NCBI GenBank assembly: GCA_020024755.1
Contig: JAHHTH010000004.1
Span: 128,024-192,023, forward strand
Direction: 5' to 3'
DNA length: 64,000 nucleotides
DNA from: Mycoplasmataceae bacterium
GTDB lineage: Bacteria; Bacillota_I; Bacilli_A; Mycoplasmatales; Mycoplasmoidaceae
Part shown: one piece after another, positions 59,070 to 64,000 of the stretch
How the letters are laid out: every line of letters begins with the position of its first letter
Position numbering within the stretch: the stretch's first letter is position 1
Notes under the pieces: generated by a model
What the model was told of the DNA's origin: nothing
What the model saw: only the letters and a program-made list of their open reading frames with translations
Databases searched by the model: none
Translations under genes and position numbers: made by a program

Positions 59070-59111
59070 TTAAAATAAACACAAGAGATTTTAAAATAAA
59101 CACAAGAGATT
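59070..59111. repeat. Perfect 21-bp tandem duplication
   Basis: TTAAAATAAACACAAGAGATT x2, about 45 nt upstream of the transporter start on the minus strand. Confidence 0.92.
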
Positions 59112-59460
59112 CATAAAACATTATATGTATTAAAATGTGTAACCGCTAATTAGATTTCCTCACCTCTCACTAACGGATTTCCCCACCTAAGGTGCTAGTA
59201 TACATCCCACAATAAAACTGTCTTGTCCTACTATTTGTATCACTGCTCAAATATAAGTTTATAAAACACGTATAAATAAAAATTTCTCCAACGCACCATA
59301 AAGGAGTTTGGAGAGCCGAGCGTAGATACGAAATCTACAACTAATGATTTAATTATATAGCAATTTACATAAAATAGACATATATCTTTTTGTCATAAAA
59401 TGAACTATATCTTTTTTATTTGAAACAATAGATTTATTTAGATCACAAATTAAGGTTAAT

Positions 59461-59781
59461 TTAATTATTACTTAAAATGTCAAATAACTCCTTTGTAGTA
59501 TATCCTTCGTCTGAATGATCACTATTACACTTTACGTGAACAGCTCTGAGATTTTCTAATGCATCAGTACCACCTTTGCTTTTAGGAATAATGTGTTCTA
59601 CATTTCATGAATAAAGTGTATTTCTCTTTGATTCATTTCCCCAATAGCAACTTCATAGCATTTTACCACCGCACAATGGACATGTTCTGTGGTTTTCAAC
59701 GGTGCAATCTTCTTGGTTGCAAGTGCAATAGTTTGCTTTATTTCATATTTTTCTTAATTTTGTTTCATTATACTTTGGCAT
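59461..59781 (-). CDS. Small HNH endonuclease with CxxC zinc knuckle, cassette 2
   Basis: ATG 59781 lies 7 nt after AGGAGG. 106 aa reading TKLRKIWNKANYCTCNQEDC, CPLCGGKM, WNVEHIIPKSKGG and NLRAVHVKCN. Paralogue of 26772-27041. Confidence 0.85.
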
Positions 59782-59801
59782 AATCATGCCTCCTATAATT
59801 A

Positions 59802-60392
59802 TTATTTGTTGTTTGTGTTTTTCTTTTTCTTTAGTAATTCAACTATATCAATAAAATTCGATATTTCTTTATTTTTTAAAATATTTAATCTAGACTCCCA
59901 CTGGTGTACTAGTTTTTCATCTTGTTTAATTTTCTTTTTTATAAATTCTATAATTCATTTAGTATTTTCTACTTTTTTGTCTTTATCGAAATGTTTGCCA
60001 TTATTTTTGAATATCTTATAAAATTCTTCATCAATTCATTTCTTAGTTTTATTTGAGTTTATATCTTGAAAGAAACATAATAAGATTAACTCAAAACATG
60101 GATCAGTTATAACGAAATCAATTTGTCACTGTCTACAACGTACTAAGCAATCATCTATCTTTTTATCTTCAAGGTTATCTTTATCAATAATTATATATTT
60201 TTCACAGCAATCTTTATGCTCTCCATCTATATTATTGTTTCTGATGCTGCCTGAAATTAACTTGGAATGTTTTTTACATTTTCTTAAAATACTATTTCTA
60301 TAAACTATATCCTTAAGGAATGTTATAAATATTTCTTCACATTTACCTTCATATTCAATTGAGAATGCATTTAGATTTTTATTTTTCATCAT
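59802..60392 (-). CDS. RloB-like (Toprim-related) protein, cassette 2 (short form)
   Basis: Track ORF 60126-60392 extends through TGAs to TAA 59802 (196 aa). Contains EYEGKCEEIF, YIIIDKD and ITDPCFELILLCF. Confidence 0.72.
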
Positions 60393-61587
60393 CTAATCAC
60401 CGTAAAGCATAATTAATATAAGGGTCATATCCTATCTTTCCTGATAGGTATTGATTTGAGAATGAACATTTTCCTCTAATAGTGCTTCCGAATTCATTAA
60501 GACATACAACATTAGTGAACTTAGACTCATTAAGAGCTGCAAAGTATATTTCATCTCTTCTGAACAAGTCTTCACTTAATGTGTTCATATCGTGAGATGT
60601 ATAAATTAATTGAGCTGTACCAGGATTCTTCTTAAACATTTTTATAATATATTCAAGGATCTTAGTGTGTAAGTTTGCATCTAGCTCATCAATTAAAATG
60701 ATTGAGTTATTTTTTAATCCAGTAACCATGATAGTTAATAGTAATAGAAGTTTTCTAGTACCAGATGACTCGTAATTATATGCAACCTCAAAATTTTCTC
60801 CATACAATGATTCTTTTACAAAGGTAATTTTATCCGGGTTAGTATTTCCCTTAGGATTCTTAATGTCAATGATGTTAATATCCAATTCCTTAAGTATAGT
60901 TAATATTTTGTCTTTGTTATGCATTAATATTCCAATATTTAGACAAGATGTTCGAAATGGCATTAGTAATGAAGGCATTAATACATTACTAACATTTGTT
61001 GTATTGTCGAAAATTATTATTTTAGAAAATTCATTTTGCAACATCTTGATTTCTTTAGAAGGGAACATATTAAAAAAATTAAATAGTGAAACATCTAATG
61101 ATGCAATGTCAATTTTTCCAAAATTTGTTTTGAGAACATCATCAAGATAAAATGAAATTTTATCTCCATCATTAGTTTTAGAAAAAATAACTCTTTCCTT
61201 TTTGTTTTGTTTAATTACATATTTTTCTTCGATGATCTTATCATCAATTGAAATTGAATAACATAATGTTTCTAAATTATCTGTTAAAAACTCTATGTAT
61301 CATGAGATGGGTTCATTAATAGTTTCTTTATTTCTGAATCTTTTAGTTTCATCTATGTATACTTGTAAGTTAACTCTATCCGTTTTAACAAGTACAATTA
61401 AATAAAAGATAGAGCTTAAAAAAGCAGTTTTACCTCCTCCATTAGGACCATACATTGAAATAACAGGTAAAATCTCCCCTTTGTTTAATGTTTCACTAAA
61501 GGGTTTTAAAGATTTTGAAGCATATAGACTGATTTCTTCTTCATTTTGTATCGATAAGAAATTTTTAACTTTGTATCTAGCTAACAT
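60379..61587 (-). CDS. AAA15/ABC-like ATPase, cassette 2
   Basis: Track ORFs 61300-61587 and 60397-61068 are in one frame; I checked the gap codon by codon. Walker A GPNGGGKTA, ESSGTRKL, Walker B ILIDELDANLH, TSHD. Reads through TGA 60397 to TAA 60379, overlapping the RloB-like start. Confidence 0.85.
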
Positions 61588-61810
61588 ATATTTTCTCCTA
61601 AATAAATATATATTTATAGTTTAATTATACATATTTTAGCCAAAAAAACAAGACAATATGCAAAAGATTTGTATATTTTCTTAACTATCTTGCAAAAAAA
61701 CAATGTTATTTGCAAAAAAGTGCAAAATATTTGCACATTTATTAGCAAATTTAATAAATTATTGCTATAATATTGGTGAATGGGTCCTTTCATTGGAAGG
61801 AGGTGATTGT

Positions 61811-61945
61811 ATGCGAAATCCAGCTAAAGGATTCCCATTTGTTTTTATGATGTGTATTGGTTTGCAAATTACAGATCATATCTTTGAAAACAATTTGTAC
61901 GTAAATTGTACAATTAATAATTATAGTTACACAGTTCAACTATAA
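61811..61945 (+). CDS. Small hypothetical protein (44 aa)
   Basis: ATG 61811 lies 6 nt after a near-perfect SD (GGAAGGAGGTGA). Extended -10 TGCTATAAT at 61763. A hairpin plus T8 follows downstream (61989-62025). The track starts this ORF further upstream, at 61703. Confidence 0.35.
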   Translation: MRNPAKGFPFVFMMCIGLQITDHIFENNLYVNCTINNYSYTVQL

Positions 61946-62083
61946 AACTGTGGTAGAAAGAGCTCAAAATGAAATTTGTATGAGCAAGGCTATAGCACTA
62001 AATGTGTGTTATAGCTTTTTTTTATTTTTTTGTCTCTTTAAATTCCATAGTTTCTTAAAAAGTTGCTCGGAAAATATGCAAAA

Positions 62084-62160
62084 ATACAAAACTAAACTTG
62101 ATTTTTATTAAAAAAATACAAAACTAAACTTAATTTTTGAATAAAAAATACAAAACTAAA
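62084..62160. repeat. Three phased direct repeats ATACAAAACTAAA (32-bp period)
   Basis: Exact 13-mers at 62084, 62116 and 62148, each embedded in AAAAATACAAAACTAAA(C)(T)T.ATTTTT. Confidence 0.85.
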
Positions 62161-62202
62161 TGATTTTTCAGCTTCTATTGCCATTAGTTTTTCATTAAAA
62201 AC

Positions 62203-62270
62203 ATAGGATTTTTGTTAAAACTTTACATTTTTCCTATAGGATTTTTGTTAAAATTTAACATTTTTCCTAT
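62203..62270. repeat. Two tandem ~33-bp units, each bounded by ATAGGA...TCCTAT
   Basis: ATAGGATTTTTGTTAAAACTTTACATTTTTCCTAT followed by ATAGGATTTTTGTTAAAATTTAACATTTTTCCTAT, overlapping at a TCCTATAGGA palindrome. Lies directly upstream of the ATPase gene. Confidence 0.8.
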
Positions 62271-62290
62271 ATTTAGAGTATATTTTAAGT

Positions 62291-63706
62291 ATGAAAAGAC
62301 TGATAGAAAAGAAAATTATAGACTGAGCTAATGACAAAGAAGATTTAAAACCTCTTTTCATTTTAGGTGCACGTCAAGTAGGAAAAACATATTCAATACT
62401 TAAAATAGCTAATCAGCTATTTAAAGATAATTATATTTATATTAACTTCTTAACCGATGAAGACTACTATGAAAAACTAAATGGAATTACTTCACATAAT
62501 AAAATAATTGATATCATTGAATATGTTAGTGGCAAACATATCAATGATCAAACTCTAATTATATTTGATGAAGTGCAAAGAGTTCCAAGTATCAAAACAT
62601 CTCTAAAGAATTTTGTAGAGGCAGGATCAAAAGTTAAGATTATATGTTCAGGTAGTTATTTAGGCAACTTTTTGAAAAATGATAATTATTCTTTTCCCGT
62701 AGGGAAGATTCATAGACTACATATGTATCCTATGTCATTTGAAGAATTTGTTATAGCTAGAGGACAAGAAAAGATTTATACAACAGCTAAGCAAGATTTA
62801 CTTAACCATAAAGAAGTTAATAAAGCAGATCATTTCATATTAACGGATCTAGTTTATGATTATATGATTGTTGGAGGAATGCCAGAAGTTGTAGACATGT
62901 ATATCAACAAAGCCAATTATTTATCAATTAATAAACGTAAACAAGAAATTTTAGAAGATTATAAGAATGATATTTCTAAATATGATATGAAACCTAATGA
63001 TAAATTTAAAGCTGAATCAATATTTAAAAATATTCCCATTTTTTTATCTAAACTAAATAAGAAATATATGTTATCTAAAATATCTGGTACAGCTAGATAT
63101 ATAAACTATGCTAATGCAATTCAAAACTTATTAATTACACAAATAATTTATAAGATCAATAATATAAGTTCTTTGGCCACTCCAATTAAGACTAAAAGAA
63201 TAGAAAACGAATTTAAGGTTTATTATAACGATTGCGGATTTGTATCCACAATATTTAATTTAAACAAAGATATTCTATTAGATAGCAAATCAAATATATA
63301 TTCAAATGAAAGAGGAGCACTAGCTGAAAATTTTGTATTAACTGAAATTAACAAAAAGATGTTAGATTTCAATTTGTCTTATTATTCATTTTTAGGTAAT
63401 GATAATCTTGAAAATGATGTAACTGCAAAATCTGGTACTCATAAGAACTATGAAATTGATTTTGTATTAGATGATGATAAAGGACTATCTATACCAATAG
63501 AAGTTAAATTTGGTAAAACATATAGTACATCATCATTAAGCAAAGTAATCAATGATAATCATCCCCCATATTCAATTATATTTAGTGCTAAGAACTATAG
63601 TTATGATTTAGATAAGCAAATATATAGATTCCCTTTATATTTTGTTTCTATGATTGATATTGAAAATGATCGTTTATTATGCAATCAAATAAAGATTACT
63701 AGTTAA
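62291..63706 (+). CDS. AAA_14 + DUF4143 family ATPase
   Basis: ATG 62291 is in frame with track ORF 62573-63706 through one TGA. Walker A GARQVGKTY, Walker B LIIFDEVQ. C-terminal EIDFVL...IPIEVK restriction-endonuclease-like tail typical of DUF4143 proteins. Confidence 0.82.
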
Positions 63707-63732
63707 ATAGATGAATAATACCTTAATATCAT

Positions 63733-64000
63733 CTAAGGTCTTAATTTAGTATAGGGAATAATATATGTATTATCATCTACTCTAATTGATGTCTTAGAGT
63801 TAGTAAGGAATAACTTTAATACTGGTTGATTATTTTTCCCTTCTATTGAAAGTCTATCTATGATCTTATTTAGCTTATCAATAGATTTCAATGCTTCATC
63901 AGTTGAAAGTTTTATTTCTATAGCTGCTCATGTGCCATCTTCGAATTCCATGATGGCATCTATTTCATTGCCATATTCGTCCCTATAGAAGAATAGGTTA
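63733..64000 (-). CDS. DUF4143-family ATPase, C-terminal part (5' end outside the window)
   Basis: The minus-strand frame is open from the window edge to TAG at 63733. Reads YRDEYGNEIDAIMEFEDGTWAAIEIKLS, parallel to the EIDFVL...IEVK tail of the neighbouring gene. Confidence 0.65.

Noticed and set aside
59140-59340. Group II intron domain V, tRNA-like, T-box or rRNA fragment. GAGCCGAGCG and CCTCACCTC-like strings caught the eye.
   Set aside because: The GAGCCG segment cannot form the 34-nt domain V hairpin. There is no cloverleaf or T-arm consensus, no T-box GGUGGUACCGCG, and no RT or maturase ORF nearby. Kept only as an unassigned structured segment.
24347-61587. Composite transposon bounded by inverted copies of the defence cassette.
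   Set aside because: The cassettes are similar only at the protein-motif level, not as nucleotide repeats. No transposase, integrase or target-site duplication was seen.

Overview
AT-rich Mollicutes-type (Mycoplasma-like) chromosome segment that must be read with genetic code 4 (TGA=Trp). The supplied standard-code ORF track splits most long genes at in-frame TGA codons that fall on conserved Trp positions (S14 ends ...KKASW, S8 ends ...AYVW, RbgA starts ...NWFPGHM), so I merged fragments by hand. Layout: (1) 0.15-15.5 kb is a complete S10-spc-alpha ribosomal protein operon (rpsJ to rplQ, with secY, adk, map, infA, rpmJ, rpoA) followed by rpmG. (2) 15.6-24.2 kb is a housekeeping mix: dnaA, ffh, rbgA, glutathione peroxidase, a Fic protein, a 2-Cys peroxiredoxin and membrane proteins. 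(3) 24.3-64 kb is accessory DNA. It holds two diverged, oppositely oriented three-gene cassettes (AAA15-type ATPase + RloB/Toprim-like + small CxxC-HNH nuclease) at 24.3-27.0 kb and 59.5-61.6 kb. Between them lies a ~21-kb surface-glycan locus (29.9-50.4 kb) with a neuD-neuB-neuA-neuC sialic-acid operon, a GT52-like sialyltransferase, a membrane O-acyltransferase carrying a (TG)8 tract, a CDP-6-deoxyhexose pathway, about eight glycosyltransferases and an ABC-2 exporter. Next come three ThsB-like TIR (DUF1863) genes plus a 3-TM mini-protein with no recognisable ThsA (50.8-53.3 kb), an HTH + OLD-family nuclease pair, a MATE/flippase-like transporter and two DUF4143 ATPases. The accessory intergenic regions carry many short phased direct repeats. 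I saw no rRNA, tRNA, CRISPR array or intact transposase/integrase. All functional calls rest on motif recognition by eye; no database search was possible.
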